DNA of 64,000 bases from assembly GCA_053919585.1 (NCBI GenBank), contig CM132786.1; one strand, given 5' to 3'. The stretch is from Euprymna scolopes (lineage: Eukaryota). Below, piece after piece: positions 12,332 through 25,751 of the stretch. Position 1 is the stretch's first letter. Each line of letters begins with the position of its first letter. A program made the translations under genes and the position numbers. The notes under the pieces are model-generated. The model made no database searches. It saw nothing but the letters and a program-made list of their open reading frames with translations, and had not been told where the DNA came from.

Positions 12332-13280
12332 CGAACCTTTCGTCCAGCCAGAATGAGTTACTGAAAGATTTTTGAATTTATTTAAGTAAGAACCAAATTG
12401 ACAGGTGTCCGCACAGAAGTCGTAGGGCGTTACGACGACATAAGTAATAGCTATTCAGCAAATGAGGTCAATTACCAGGTTTGTTTGTTATAAGCGAAGT
12501 AAAAAAAAAAAGAAAACATAAAAACGAACCTTAAAACTTAAATGGGTGGGGGGTAATCAAAACATCGAAGAAAAAAAAACACAAAAAACTAACGTAAGGC
12601 AAACGAACGATGTTAAATGTAAAAATCGAAAAAACAAAAAATTTTTTAAAAAAACAGAAAAACGAAATAAATAAAACATGTGAAAAATGGCTTAAATAAG
12701 CCTGTTTCGATATTAAAATTTAAAAAAAAATCGGTGGGTACCCGGGTGTTTTGGGTGTGTGGTCAGGGGTGGATAAGCAAAGTAAAAAAAAGCAAAGTAA
12801 AAAAAAACAAAAAAAAAAAAAAAACAGAAAAACGAACGTTACGTGAAAAATGGCTCAAATAACACTGGTTCAATATTTAAATTTAAAAAATCGAAAAAAA
12901 GAAAAAGACATCTCACACTACGATTCGAACCCAAAACATTTAGAGAATGAACCAACGCGCTAACCAACTGAGCTAACGCGATGTACATGAAATTTAGTCA
13001 GTTCTTCAACTATTTAAAGAAAATCAGGTCATGACATCATCTGACATATACGTAGAACCGGTCGTCATCACGAGAGGACCGTTTTTGTTGACCCCAAACC
13101 CCCCCGTCGAAAATTGTCGATTTCGGGGTGAAAAAAATTAACGTTTCTGGCCAATTTTTCGAGCAAAGGATGGAGCTTCAATATGATATAGAGTTTGTGA
13201 ATTTTTGTCGTGTCTGTCGAAAGTTTTTAGCGGACACACAAACAAACATACATACATACATTTTCGCTTTTATATATATA
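12180..13280 (-). mobile_element. Non-autonomous Helitron, composite array unit
   Basis: CTAG/hairpin at 12180; internal degenerate 3' end near 12735; tRNA-like segment at 12917-12982. Confidence 0.85.
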
Positions 13281-13861
13281 CTAGCGAGGGGTACCCAGCG
13301 TTGCCCGGGTGTTTGTAGGTGTGTATGAAAAAAAAAAAAAAAAAAAAACAGGTGCCCGTGAAAACAAAAACAAAGCCTTGATGACGCGCAGTTGGAAAAT
13401 AGTAAAGTGTGAAAAAAAACAGGTGCGCGTTTTTGATTGACGTGACGGCAATAGGTATTCAGCAGTTAGCATTTTGTGCGGGACAGTTTTTAATGAGGTC
13501 AATAAATTGATTTGTTTGTTTTTAAAAACCCGCTCCCCCGTCTGATATGACGATGTCGACATTGACCAAACGTTCACTGGCTCTGGGCCTGTGATTAGAG
13601 TCGAGTTTCGCTTTTTGTTTATACCAAAAACTGAATGTAACGCGTGCCAATGCGGGAAATGTGGAATAATTAACCTTTGAAAATCAATAGACAGGCGAGC
13701 TCCGTGATTAAGTGTGAGATATTACAATTTATAGATGATATAAAAAGTTTTAAGAAGTTGTGAACCGAGCGAGCGCTTCTCTGAAAGAAGCCTTTTGTGG
13801 ACATCGAGGAAAAGCATACATACATACATACATTTTCGCTTTTATATATATAAATAGAAGA
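13281..13861 (-). mobile_element. Non-autonomous Helitron, 5'-most array unit
   Basis: CTAG/hairpin at 13281. The 5' region matches the starts of 8356-8961 and 15663-16420. Confidence 0.85.
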
Positions 13862-14086
13862 TTACTTATGTGATTCTGGATATTTCCTATTAATTTACTT
13901 TGTCTAAAGTAATATGATTTAAAAGGCATCAGGAAACCGAGTAAATGTTTTATTTAACTGTTTAAATAATGTTTTTTTTTTCATCACTTTGTTTAATCAT
14001 TCTTATTACTAAACTCGATACTGGGGGCATCAAATTTAGGGTAACACGAGCTATTCTGAAAAATTTGGACATAATGCTACCGTAAA

Positions 14087-14121
<35 letters not shown>

Positions 14122-14430
14122 GGGCATGTGCTAGTTTTATGTAAATATGCTAATTTGTGTGTTCATTCGTTGTTCAGCATTCACCCCAGGTTAGGTTGAA
14201 CCAGCTTTCTCTGAAGGAGGAAGTGTCAAGGAGTTATTAAATTTACAGGCAGACCCCAGTCACGTTGTGTCCCAGTTGTGAGTCATAGAAATCGATTAAA
14301 TTCAAATATGTTTTAATAAGCGTAAATTTTTCATGCAGGATTAAAATTTTCAATTCTATCTGGGCTCATTAAAGGCAATTATCTGTTAGATCCATATATA
14401 TGACTATTTTCTTTTTTCATTTATATTTTA

Positions 14431-15642
14431 CTAGCTGGCAGCCCAGCGTTGCCTGGTCATACAATACGCTTAAACATGATATATTAATTTATGTAGATTG
14501 TGTATGTATTATAAAATCAATCCTCTATTGATTATTATATACGTGCATGGCGTTGCCTGGGTGTTTGGAGGTGTGTGTTGAGCACAAAAAAAAAAAAAAA
14601 AAAAAAAAGAAAAGTGGTAGTAGGCTGGAAGGCTCAAATCCGTACTGCGAAGGAGGAAAAGAATGTGGATAAAAAAAAAAAAAAGTAACGTCTTTGCTGT
14701 TGTGCCCATCGCCAAACAGGAAGTGACATAGTTTAAATTAAGGCTAGTCAATCAAAAAGAGGGGATGACTTTTGAAAATATCAGCGAGAAAAGCGACCTC
14801 TCCCTGTAGAAAAGTGCCCAATTGAAGGTGAAGGAATGGATGTTTTTAGCCAATTCTTCGATATTTGTCGTCCGAAGGGATGAACTTCAAAATGATACTT
14901 AATCTCGTGATAATCTGACGCCTCTGTCAAAAGTTTTAGGCAGACATACATACATACATTTAAATAGACAGGTGAGATTTATATTCTAGGAGGAATAATT
15001 TGCCCGGTGGACTAATTTGCAAAAAAAAAAAATAAATGAAAAATAATAATGTCATTCATCAAATAACATCTGTGTTTGTTTACAATATCACGTCAGCTTA
15101 TATTTGGGCTTGAAGATGAATGCCCTGGAAAAGTCATTTCTGATTAATGTTTAGTTTTAAAATATGCAAACGAAAAAATGATTTGCAGTGATTTTAAATG
15201 GTACCTCTTATTGTAAATTGAACTCATAAGAAAAAATTAAAATAAAATGGTGAGGTACACCTGGGCTTGAACATGGAATCATTCAATCTGTAGTCGAATG
15301 CTCTATCACTAAGCTATATCACCAGATTATAATAAATCTGGGGGGGGGGGGGGTTCAGAAGAAATGATTTGCTGAAATTTTATTCTCCCTTGCCGGTGTA
15401 ACAAAATATTCCCCTGTAAAAATTATTTTTTATCTATAAGAGAGAAAAACTATTTTTAGGATCAGATTTTTTCGATTTTCAATACTTATTGGATGAATTT
15501 TTTATATAAAACATATCTAAGAACACTGCCAGATATATAAATTACCTTTGTGTGAAATTTGCAAAAAGATAGGCTCAGTCGTTTCGGCACCTGTGAGGAA
15601 GGAACTCTCACACAAAAAGTGACTTTTATATAATCGTAGAGA
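14431..15642 (-). mobile_element. Second-family Helitron containing a nested first-family Helitron (~14543-14989)
   Basis: The 3' end CTAGCTGGCAGCCCAGCGTTGCCTGG matches the uninterrupted copy at 50571. The 5' part matches 56393-56655 in reverse. Confidence 0.8.
15248..15323 (-). pseudogene. tRNA-Cys-derived pseudogene inside a Helitron
   Basis: Minus strand GGTGATATAGCTTAGTGATAGAGCATTCGACTACAGATTGAATGATTCCATGTTCAAGCCCAGGTGTACCTCACCA resembles metazoan tRNA-Cys, but the stems are degraded. Confidence 0.65.
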
Positions 15643-15662
15643 TTTTTATATTTTATATTGGA

Positions 15663-16420
15663 CTAGCGAGGGGGGGGGGGAGAGGTACCCGGCGTTGCCT
15701 AGGTGTTTGGAGGTGTGTGTGGTTTTGGGTAAATCAAAACTCTGAGGTGGGGCGGGGGTTAAAAGTTAAAATAAAAAAGTTTTGGTAGGTGAGTATGAGG
15801 ATCGAACCCGAACCCTTGAGGCGAAGTTGGAAATTAAAGTGTGAAAAAAAAAAAAAAAAGTGTGCGACTTCAACCATTGACCCACCGCGAGATACTAACG
15901 GAAACACGTTTGAATTTATTTAATTACTTAGATTTGGCAGGTGCACGTTTTAATGACTTAATGAGATCAACTTTCACTGCGGGATAGTATTTCATTTACT
16001 GCGGAAAGCTTTTTTTATTTTTGTTTCCCCAAGATGTTGGGGGGGGGGCAGCTCCCCTTGTCCAATTTGAATAGCAATTGTTTGATATAAGGAAAATATT
16101 TCCACATTGATCAAATCTGATTGTTTTCAGACATTTCCGCCGATAGACGGAAAATACCGCCAGAATTAGTATCGCTTTTATTATAGGAAAAAGACTAATC
16201 CACATGCGGCGAACGACTAATGTTGAATATCTTCCCGAAGTTGAGCAAATTAAATAGACAGGCAAGCTCTGTTGTTAACTCAGAGTAACTATAATTTCTA
16301 TGTGATATAAAAAGTTTTAAGTTGTGAGCCGACCGACCGCTTCTCTGAAAAAAGCCTTTCTTGGACATACACAAAAAGCGAACATACATACACATTTTCG
16401 CTTGTATATATATATATAGA
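15663..16420 (-). mobile_element. Non-autonomous Helitron
   Basis: CTAG and hairpin at left, TATATATAGA at right; split A/B box at 15795-15892. Confidence 0.88.
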
Positions 16421-17599
16421 TGAACAGTTAATTAAAAATGAAAAAGATTCATTTATTTTTTATTGAAATTATTTGAAATATTTCATCTAAAAGTAACAAC
16501 TGTGCCCGAAAATTTGATGATATAAATCTTAAAACAAAATCCAGCAAATGTAACAAGTTTTGCGAAAGACATACCAATTATTAAGGAAAATTAAAATTTT
16601 GAATATCCATTATTTCTTTTTTAAAACTATGCCAGAAAAGTTTACCTTTTATATTGATGAATAGAACAAGAATTAATGGCTGACCAAAACAGTTGAACAG
16701 AAAATAAAAATATGTTTCTGGTGCAGAGTTCAAGGTTTATGATTACTGTTCTTCCATAACGTTTTTAAAAAATACTTTCTGCAATATTTTTGAAACGGTT
16801 TATATGGCAAACTTTATTACATAACTCAGATCAAAGATGAGGTCTTACTAGAAAGATAGTTAGAAATAATATATGGATGGATTATAATAATCTAAAATGT
16901 CAGATAAAAAAAAAAAGGACTAAAATGAGTGTGACATTCTGGCTCAAAAATCTTATGCTTTTCTATTCTTGTCTTTTTCCTTCCTGATTTTATCCGTGAT
17001 TGTCCTAATTATAGTAATTGCTGGTGTTATTCACAGTAGGCACACAGCTCAAAAAAGAACATTAGAAAATGTAACATTGATGTCTAATATTTATAGAACC
17101 TCAAATTGGCAGAAACAAAAATCAACGATGCCATTTTGGGTGGTCGTTGGAATTCTGAGGGTTACACTCATTCACTCATTGCATAAAGATGCTTTCCACA
17201 TCCTCTCAATAATACATAGCTTTAATAGCAAATACATTTTTACATTTATAATTTCAAAACATTTAAAGTTTGAAGGAAAATCTCTATGATGTACATAACT
17301 GATGGAAAGAAATATCATTCACCAAAAACATGTAAATTGATCAAGTAGTTTTATTTTTAAATAAAATCAAATTTTGTGGCTGAACGAATAATGATATCAT
17401 GCTGTCATCTTGAAAACAAGGGAAATAACTCCAAATAATACAAACCTGCACGATTTTAGAAAGCCATTTTTAACATGGAGACAGTGGAAAAACTCAAATT
17501 TGCTTAAAAATGAATTTCTTTATAAAAATAAAATTACTTGAACATTTTACATGATTTTTGGAATACAAAAAATTTCCTCCATCACATATGTACATCATA

Positions 17600-17642
<43 letters not shown>

Positions 17643-17789
17643 CTAGACAAGTACCAAATCTACAAATCAGATTGAGACATCTACTTTGGCTGGCAAAACA
17701 ACCAACAATAATATTTGACAGTTAAATAAAAAAAAAAATTAAAAAAAAAAAAAAAAAAAAAATCAGCCCAGTTACAGATGAAAATTTAC

Positions 17790-17862
17790 AAGTACTTTTC
17801 CAATATATAAATATGGCAGATCAATCCAAAACTGGAGACAGAGTTATATGTGCAGCAGTGAA

Positions 17863-17896
<34 letters not shown>

Positions 17897-18175
17897 CATG
17901 ACAGCATCTATTTATAGTGCTGAAGCATCAGACATTGACTAGGGCACTAGATTTTATTAAAACCAGTGAAAAAGAGAATATCTTTACAGACAGTAAATCG
18001 GTATTAACTACACTGGAAAAAAGAGAAACAAATAATCTATTAACAATAAAAAATATTAAGTATTACATAGTTGAAATAATCACCAAAACCAAGGAAGTAT
18101 CTTCTGTTGGGTACCGAATATATTGGTGTACATAGCAACCACAAAACCAACACGGCAGCAAAACAAGCACTAAAA
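17790..18175 (+). pseudogene. RNase H domain relic of an I/R1-group LINE
   Basis: Frameshifted motifs SIYSAEA, ALDFIK, IFTDSKSVL, FCWVP and TAAKQAL. Confidence 0.7.
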
Positions 18176-18423
18176 CTTTTTTATAAAAATACTCAAAGTT
18201 TCTTTCAACAGTATATATTATTATAATGTCATGTTAGTTTTTGTGTATTCCATATTTACTTCAACACTATACATGATTATTTTATTATGAAAATATACCT
18301 ATGACAAATAACCTACACAGAAGCATCCATATTTCATTCCAGTAAGAAAGCATCAGCCTTATGATTTCCTATAGGAATGAAACATGGATGTTTCTGTGTA
18401 GCTTACTTGACATAAATAAATAA

Positions 18424-18474
<51 letters not shown>

Positions 18475-18475
<1 letters not shown>

Positions 18476-19240
18476 TAGCAAAAGTACCCGTCGCTGACTG
18501 GGTTCAAAAACAGCTTACAGAAAATGGACTCTGATTTATGAAAGTATGATAGGTTATGAAAAGGAAGAGTTGTAAAGAGATAGCTTTGAATTTGGGGGTA
18601 TCAAAACCAAAGCAAACCATGATAAAAATAAAAATAAAATAGATAAACCCCATAATTTATTATACCATACCTGTTCACACTGAAACACTTATCACAATAT
18701 TCTGTGGATCTATATTAAAAAACCTTGTTAAACTTTGTGACATATTTCCGTTCTATGGAGGTCAGGTGCGAACGAACACCCCATAATTTTATTATACCAT
18801 ATTTCTTCAAACTGAAACATAATTATCAAAGTATACTTATGCAGATAGATATAAAAAGTCTTTATTAAAGTTTGTGCCTATTTGCATTCTATGGAGGCCA
18901 GGTGCGAACGCAGACCCCACAATTTTATTATACCATCACTATTTAAGTTAAAACATACTTAAAGTATTATTATGCACATCTATATCAAAAACACTTGTAA
19001 ATTTTTTTTTTTAATTTTTAAATTTTTTATTTCCATACTTTGTGGACCAGGCGCGTACGCAGACCCCACAATTTTAATGAATCATCATTATGCCAGATCA
19101 AACATACCCATTCCTGTGTGTCGATACATCTATTATTATATGTGATCAGTTTTCTATAATAGTCAACCATATAGGAGCCTATTCATGACCAGACACACAC
19201 ACACACACAGACGTTCAGCTTTATATTATATATATATATA
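18475..19240 (-). mobile_element. Helitron with four ~130-150-bp internal tandem repeats
   Basis: CTAG plus CCCGTCGCTGACTGGG hairpin; repeated ACCCCATAATTTTATTATACCAT and GGTGCGAACG blocks; (CA)n near the 5' end. Confidence 0.7.
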
Positions 19241-19866
19241 CTTTGTGTGTGCATGTGTGAGTGAGAGAGTTTATTCTCCATGGCTGGGCTGATTTTTTGA
19301 AATTTCACATGAAAGTACTTGATGTATCTGGGAATGTCCTTGTGTAGGTCTTGTATTGAAATACGTCTAAGTATCAATAATAGATTATCAAAAAATCCGA
19401 TTAAAAATGGGAGTCCAATTTGAACCATAGTTAACACTTTTATACAACTTTACATCACAAGTGCATTTCAGAAGTTTTATCACCGCACAAGCAAAAAGGT
19501 CCAATCTATAAAATCAACTGTAGATTCTTTTATAAGTTCGAAATGAATGTTTCTGTTTAGAGCACAACTGAACCATAATACTTGACTTCTACAGTTTAAA
19601 TTTTAAGTGAAGCTCTTATTTACATATAATTTTATAAAATCAACAGCAAGTTCTCTACAGTGAATTGTATACTACAATGTACTGCGGATTAAGTCACTGC
19701 GGGGAGACGTGAAGCTTCCAGGGGGAGGGGGGCTAACAAGAACAGACAATCGATTTGATTTTACAAAAAAAAGAGCGACTTCACCGATTTCGTTATAAAA
19801 GTATGAGAGGATGAAACATTTGTTGATCTTTATTCAATCCCGGACAACGTCAGGTCTCCCTGCTAG
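19241..19866 (+). mobile_element. Degraded Helitron, head-to-head with the previous one
   Basis: (TG) tract at the start; ends CCCGGACAACGTCAGG...CTAG|T. Confidence 0.6.
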
Positions 19867-20620
19867 TATATATATGATATCTAGAATTTACAGATACAAG
19901 AAATCAATCTGCGCTTAAAAAAAAAAAGAAAAGAAAGCTTTGTAAAAAATAATATATTAGTTGATATTTTTCTGTTCTAACAAAAGCTTATTAATACAAA
20001 AAATAAAAAGCTTAAATCTAAATGCTGATTAATCTGATGTCCAGGTGTCACCAAATCTTTCTTTTGGAAAATAATTTTTTCTCGCTCATTGCAGCTGGTC
20101 ATATGATACTTTCTGCTGCCTGATCAAACACGAGGTGAATAGCATCCAGTTTCTTTCACTTCCTGTTCATTGCAAAGCTTAAGGCTGTTCTAATGTACAG
20201 ATCATATGATTAAAAAAAAAAAAAAATTCAAAGTAAATAAAAAAGAAAATGCACATTTTCTATTTGTTTATTTATTTTTTTTTGTATAAACCTTCTCAAA
20301 ATGTAAAGATTATGAAACAATGTCTACTAGTATGAAAGGCAAATGGTAAGGAGGAAATTATCCGAGTTTAGTTGCAAAGAATGGTGACCATTCAGAATGC
20401 CAAGGTTTCCTAATTTGGCTACCATTTGCTCTACTCACTGCTATCGATCTAACCATTGGAGGAAATTATTTTGAATTCGTCCATGATTGGTCTAACAATG
20501 ACAACATACATTTAACGTCAGTTTAGAATTGATTTTAGCAATTCTTAGAGCAACAGAAAAATCCAAAAAACTATGGAGTTGCTATAGTAATTGAAGCATT
20601 CCACAAAGATGCTCTGCTTC

Positions 20621-21132
20621 CAAACTTTCAGCAAATTAATTTAAATCCAAAACTGATTTTTTTATTTATATTTTCAGAAAATGTTTCAAGCCAACTTGAA
20701 AAGTCAAGTTTATTAATTCAGCTGATAATTTTGTCGTGTGACTACAAAACATGGGGATAATCTACTTTTGCATCCCTATATTCACTTGGCCTCAAGAGGA
20801 ACTGTTAAAAAAATAGAAAATGTAAAAGTAGATTATCCCCAGGTTTTGTAGTCACAAGACAAAATTATCAGCTGAATTAATAAAGTTGACTTTTCAAGTT
20901 GGCTTGAAATATTTTCTGAAAATACAGGATGTCCACAAAGTCTGGCTACATTATGTAGCCAGACTTTGTGGGCACCCTGTGTGTGTGTGTGTAATTATAT
21001 ATATACACACACACACACACAGGGTGTCCACAAAGTCTGGCTACATAATGTAGCCAGACTTTGTGGACACCCTGTATAAATAAAAACATCAGTTTTGGAT
21101 TTAAATTAATTTGCTAATAGTTTTGAAGTTTG
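20621..21132. mobile_element. Fold-back MITE (~145-bp arms) with a nested Tc1/mariner-type double mini-MITE at 20925-21074
   Basis: 20630-20775 is the reverse complement of 20820-20924 plus 21075-21115. The insert is bounded by TA and CAGGGTGTCCACAAAG TIRs. Confidence 0.85.
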
Positions 21133-21339
21133 AGCAAACAAATTTTAAATGGATACAAGAAAATACAACAGAATAGGAAGAATTTCAGCAGAAATTTTCA
21201 AAAAGCAAATTTTGTCTTTATGATATAGAATAAATTAGTTCTCATACTCTTTTCCAAAACAATCTTTAATTACAAAATCTGCTTTTCTCTTCCCTAGAGA
21301 TATATATACATACATTACATATAATAAAAGAGGCGCAAT

Positions 21340-21890
21340 TATTCCCCTCTGGACCAAAATACAGTAGGTTTCAAACAATGGATGCCATATACAAATTTCT
21401 TATATCAAGCCTATTAATCACTATCTTACATAACTTTATAAAGACTTTTCTGACACATCCAGGTGTTTAAATAAAATCCTAGATTACGTCTGAGGAGCTA
21501 CAGCATCACTATCGTATTAACCTACAGAGGAAGTAGTCCTGATTTTTACCCATTATCACTAAAGTCCTACCACCGCCACCAGTAAACACCGCAGATTGTT
21601 ATACACAGGGTATGGATACTGTGGTTTCACAAACTCATAGCAACGCCATTAAATTCCAGTCTGCCGATTCGAAAAATAATAAATTCTCCCTGAAAACCTT
21701 CCAGCTACTCATTGGCTTACACCAGAACGAACCCTTATTCCAGAATACAGTCCTATACACTAAAACGAACGATCAAGATGCTATCCAACATGGCATATCT
21801 ACAGATACACGCTTACTTAACTGCTGGGAATTAATTGCTTCTCCCTCCCTCTCTCTCTAAATGTGTTTTCCAGAGAGAGAAAGAGAGATT
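21340..21890. repeat. Unclassified dispersed repeat, diverged paralog of 57450-57935
   Basis: Colinear shared words ATTCCCCTCTG, GTAGGTTT, AGAGGAAGTAGT, ACCGCCACCAGT and CTCATTGGCT. The 3' end is shared with 24455-24520. Confidence 0.6.
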
Positions 21891-22814
21891 ACAAGTTGAT
21901 TTTTTCTTTTTAGATAATTGTTATTTTATCAACTTGCATGAAAAGAGCTATGTAAAAGATGTTTAAAACCGTTTGAATTATGCAAATACCATCAGTAGTT
22001 CAAAAGTTATGAGAATTTTAAGTGCCAAAATTTAGGCTTTTCCGTGGATATTTTTCTTTAGAAAAAGTGGGCTAAATTACAAACCTCAACATTTCAAGAA
22101 ATTTGGTAATTTCGCCACCATTTATTTATTTTTCAAGCTATTCTCATGAAACTTGGCACACTTATGTAAAATTGTGTGCTCTTTCTGATTATGCAGTTAA
22201 ATTTGATGTATCTCTTTATCATAAGCCATGAATTATAAATTCAGATGTACAAATTTCAATTTTTTTTAAACTGGCGTATGGTATCATACAGTGGGTGTCT
22301 GTCTATGAACAAAACTAAGTATTACAGTGGTATTTAAATATAGCTTTAATGAGAGCAAGCATTTTCTTGCCTCCTCACCAAAGGAGAGCTTAATCTTGGG
22401 TGTAGCCATTGAATGCCTAAAGAGCATTCATGGCCGATATTTACTACTATCCTCAAAGAAAAAAAAATTGAGTAGATATGAATTAATTTCAGAAATAAAT
22501 CGAAGAAAATTTTTCATATAGATTTTGGATTTCTGTAAAAGATGGAAATTCCTATAGTCGACCAGAGCTTATGCATTTTGGGATCAGTCCAATTTTCATA
22601 AATCCTCTCTATCTGGCCCAAAATATACCCCTATTTTCTGAGATGCAACCATAAATCGTACTCTATGTGAATCCTTGATGTAGCTTTCACAGTACCAGGA
22701 TACCAGGAATCCTGATAAATAACAACTATATATTCATCAGTTGATGGTAATTTTTGTCATTTCTATTCTGTTGTTTTACTGAAAATTCAACTATTGTAAC
22801 AAAGAAATAACACG

Positions 22815-23197
22815 GTAATTTTTTACCTTGTTTCCACATTAACATTTAAAATGATTATTTTTTTTAAAGGTTTTAGAGTATGCTGAAAACACATATCGCA
22901 TTTAAATTTTCTGCAAATAAGTAGTTTTCCGGATATTAAGCAATGTCATTTCTTATGTTATCGCTGGTGGCCATCTTGGTATGCACGAACACGCAAACCA
23001 TGAAACTATGTGCAAACACACATACCAAGATGGCCACCAGCAATAACAAGAAATGACATTGCTTAATATCCTAAAGGCTACTTATTTCCGGAAAATTTAA
23101 ATGTCAGATAAGTTTTCATTTTTAGCATATCCAAAAACCTTAAAAGATATTCATTTTAAAGAAAAATGTTAAAGTGGAAACAAGGTAAAAATTTACG
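22815..23197. mobile_element. Fold-back MITE, ~170-bp imperfect arms
   Basis: TTTTTACCTTGTTTCCAC...GCTGGTGGCCATCTTGGTATG pairs with CATACCAAGATGGCCACCAGC...GTGGAAACAAGGTAAAAA. Confidence 0.8.
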
Positions 23198-25263
23198 AAA
23201 TGCATCACAATGAAATTCTTTATCAAACCGCCTAATTTTTATTACTTTGACATCTTCAGTTAAAAAAAGAAAAAAAAAAAGGGTTTTGTTTTACAGAGTC
23301 GAAAAAAATGGTCTTGACAAGGAGTTAAAAATAAATTCAAGTTTCACAATATATTCAATATATTTTATTTAATTGCTAGGTGAAAGTACAGAATAGTTAA
23401 AACACCCTCCCTTTCCAATGTTAAGAATGGGTTTCTAAATAATATCATTATTTCAGCATGGTAGCATAAGTGCAAAAGTACCTTTTATTTTATATATATA
23501 TATATATATATATAATTTTTTTTTTGTTTTTACCACTAAAAAACAAACTCGTGTACTTAGTACATTTTGTTGTTGTTTTTTTTAACGCTTTTAGTACATG
23601 TGTACTACAAGCGTTAAAAACAAAATAGTATTGTTTGGAAATTAAATTTGAAAAATTTAACTTTTTAAATTGACAAACACAGAATAAAAAAGGAAACTTT
23701 TTTCTGCTTTCGTTTTGAAAGCAGAAAAAAAAGCAGTTTTCTATTTTAAGAGAATACAAACTCATTAATATGCTGATAGCAATGAGTAGAAACTGAAATC
23801 GTTTCCCTTTAAGCAATTTGAAATTCTATAAAGATAACATTTTAAAGAAATTTCCGCACAATTAATAATTATCAAATATTTACATAATATACATGAAAAC
23901 AATTCTGAAACTATTATCTATATGAAAATGGATGATATATACCGATTTATCTTATCAATTTTGAAATATTCTTTGTCAACTTTGCTCGGTCGTAACTTTG
24001 CTTCCTGTGCTCGTAAAAATCAAAATCAAACACCAGTAGAAATGGACTTCTTTGTTTATATAGCCTTTAAAATTTCAGCCATATCCAATCAAATTTAACC
24101 CCACACATATGTATCCAAATGTAACATGAAATGTAAACATTGAAAAAACTGTTTCCGTTTTTGCTGTCGTAATTTTTTACTGTTTTTTCATTTTTAACTT
24201 AGAGCATAAAAATATTTAACGCATAAAAGAAAAATAAATTATCATTGGAATGCTTATTCTATTCTCTTTTCATCAATGTAATTCTTTTAAAAATTGACCA
24301 ACAAATTAAAAAGATACGACTTGTCGAAGCACATTAGGTATGTAATATTGCCGATGTCCACAAAAATACAGCATACGCTTGTAATGCTAGATTTATATGT
24401 GCTTTGTTTACATTCTACCTCAGTATCGAACCGCCCGAAAAATAGATAGATAAAGCGCTTACTTAGCCGCTCAGAATTAATTGCTTCTCTCTCTAAATGT
24501 ATTTACTGAGACAGAGAGAGAGAGACAGACAGAGAGGAACAGAGCAAAAGCGACAGTGAGCTTACGGAACGTAAACAGAACGTTTTCACCCGTAAACAAA
24601 TGAATAATATATATTAAGAGTTTTAGATAAAAATAAATTCTTTTATTTTTAAAATAGAACTTTTACACAAATAAACAATGGCAGTTTTGCCGTTTAGTTA
24701 TACAGATAGCCTCGAACCCTGTTATCGAAAAAGGGACACGTTGGATCAGCACCAGTATATCGTAAACAGAAGTTTGTTTATATTTATGTGATTATTGAAA
24801 ATGTCATCTTGTAATTAAAATTTAATTAAACTTAATCACGTTGTTTAACACATAAAAGAAATAATGCAAGATGAAGTTTTAAAATGATTACGTGTTTTAT
24901 TTTATAAAATAATAACATCGAACAATATAAATAAAATGTTGGTTTTGTTCTCAAAAAGAAATAATGAAGTTAAATATTGTGGAGATGCACAAACAAGGAA
25001 GTAGTGTTTACACGCATCTGAGAACAATATAAAATTTAAAATCAAGCCAAAATCTTATTTGTAGTGCTCAATGTCTTAAATTAAAAATTTTAAATTATGA
25101 ATTAAAACACATTTAATCATTTTCTCTCTCTCGACAACTAAATGGATGGCTTTTTTTTTTCATATTTCTTTCATCATTCACTATAATACAGCTTCAAGCC
25201 TGCCTACCTGCTACTTTTTTCTTTCTTCTTTTCCACATCTCTACCTGGGCTGACTACTGCGTC

Positions 25264-25301
<38 letters not shown>

Positions 25302-25518
25302 TTCGCTGATATTTTTTTTTTTTTTTAATGGCTGGGGCTTGCTCAATATCCAAATAGGAGTTGGGGGTGTCTTGGGCAGCAACAACCGTACTTTACTTTT
25401 TTTTTTGCAGGGACACATGCTTCCATCGGTCAATGCCGGTTAGTGTGTACTGCTAGTACTATATAACCACATGGAACATTTGAGATATATTGCTACCAAA
25501 TAAAAAAACAAAAAATCT

Positions 25519-25751
25519 GGTGCTTCTATATTATTCAAACAAAAAATATTAAATTTTAAGTAAAACAAATGGTACCTATATAATTGTCATGTCACAAATA
25601 GTAACATATCCAAAAATTATGGAAAACAATAAGGTGGGAAAATTTCTGTAATTTTGGATATGTTACTATTTGAGATCTGACAATTACGTAGGTACCATTT
25701 CTTTCACTTGAAATTCAATATTTTTTTTTATTTGTATAATATAAAAGTGTC
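25519..25751. mobile_element. Fold-back MITE with GGTGCTT terminus
   Basis: ~105-bp inverted arms; shares AATAGTAAYATATCCAAAA with 63048-63471. Confidence 0.7.

Noticed and set aside
15248-15323. Functional tRNA-Cys gene
   Set aside because: The acceptor and T stems are disrupted and it lies within a Helitron; kept only as a pseudogene.
16969-17289. 106-aa ORF with a hydrophobic N-terminus
   Set aside because: TTG start, no recognisable homology or splice support; compatible with chance in AT-rich DNA.
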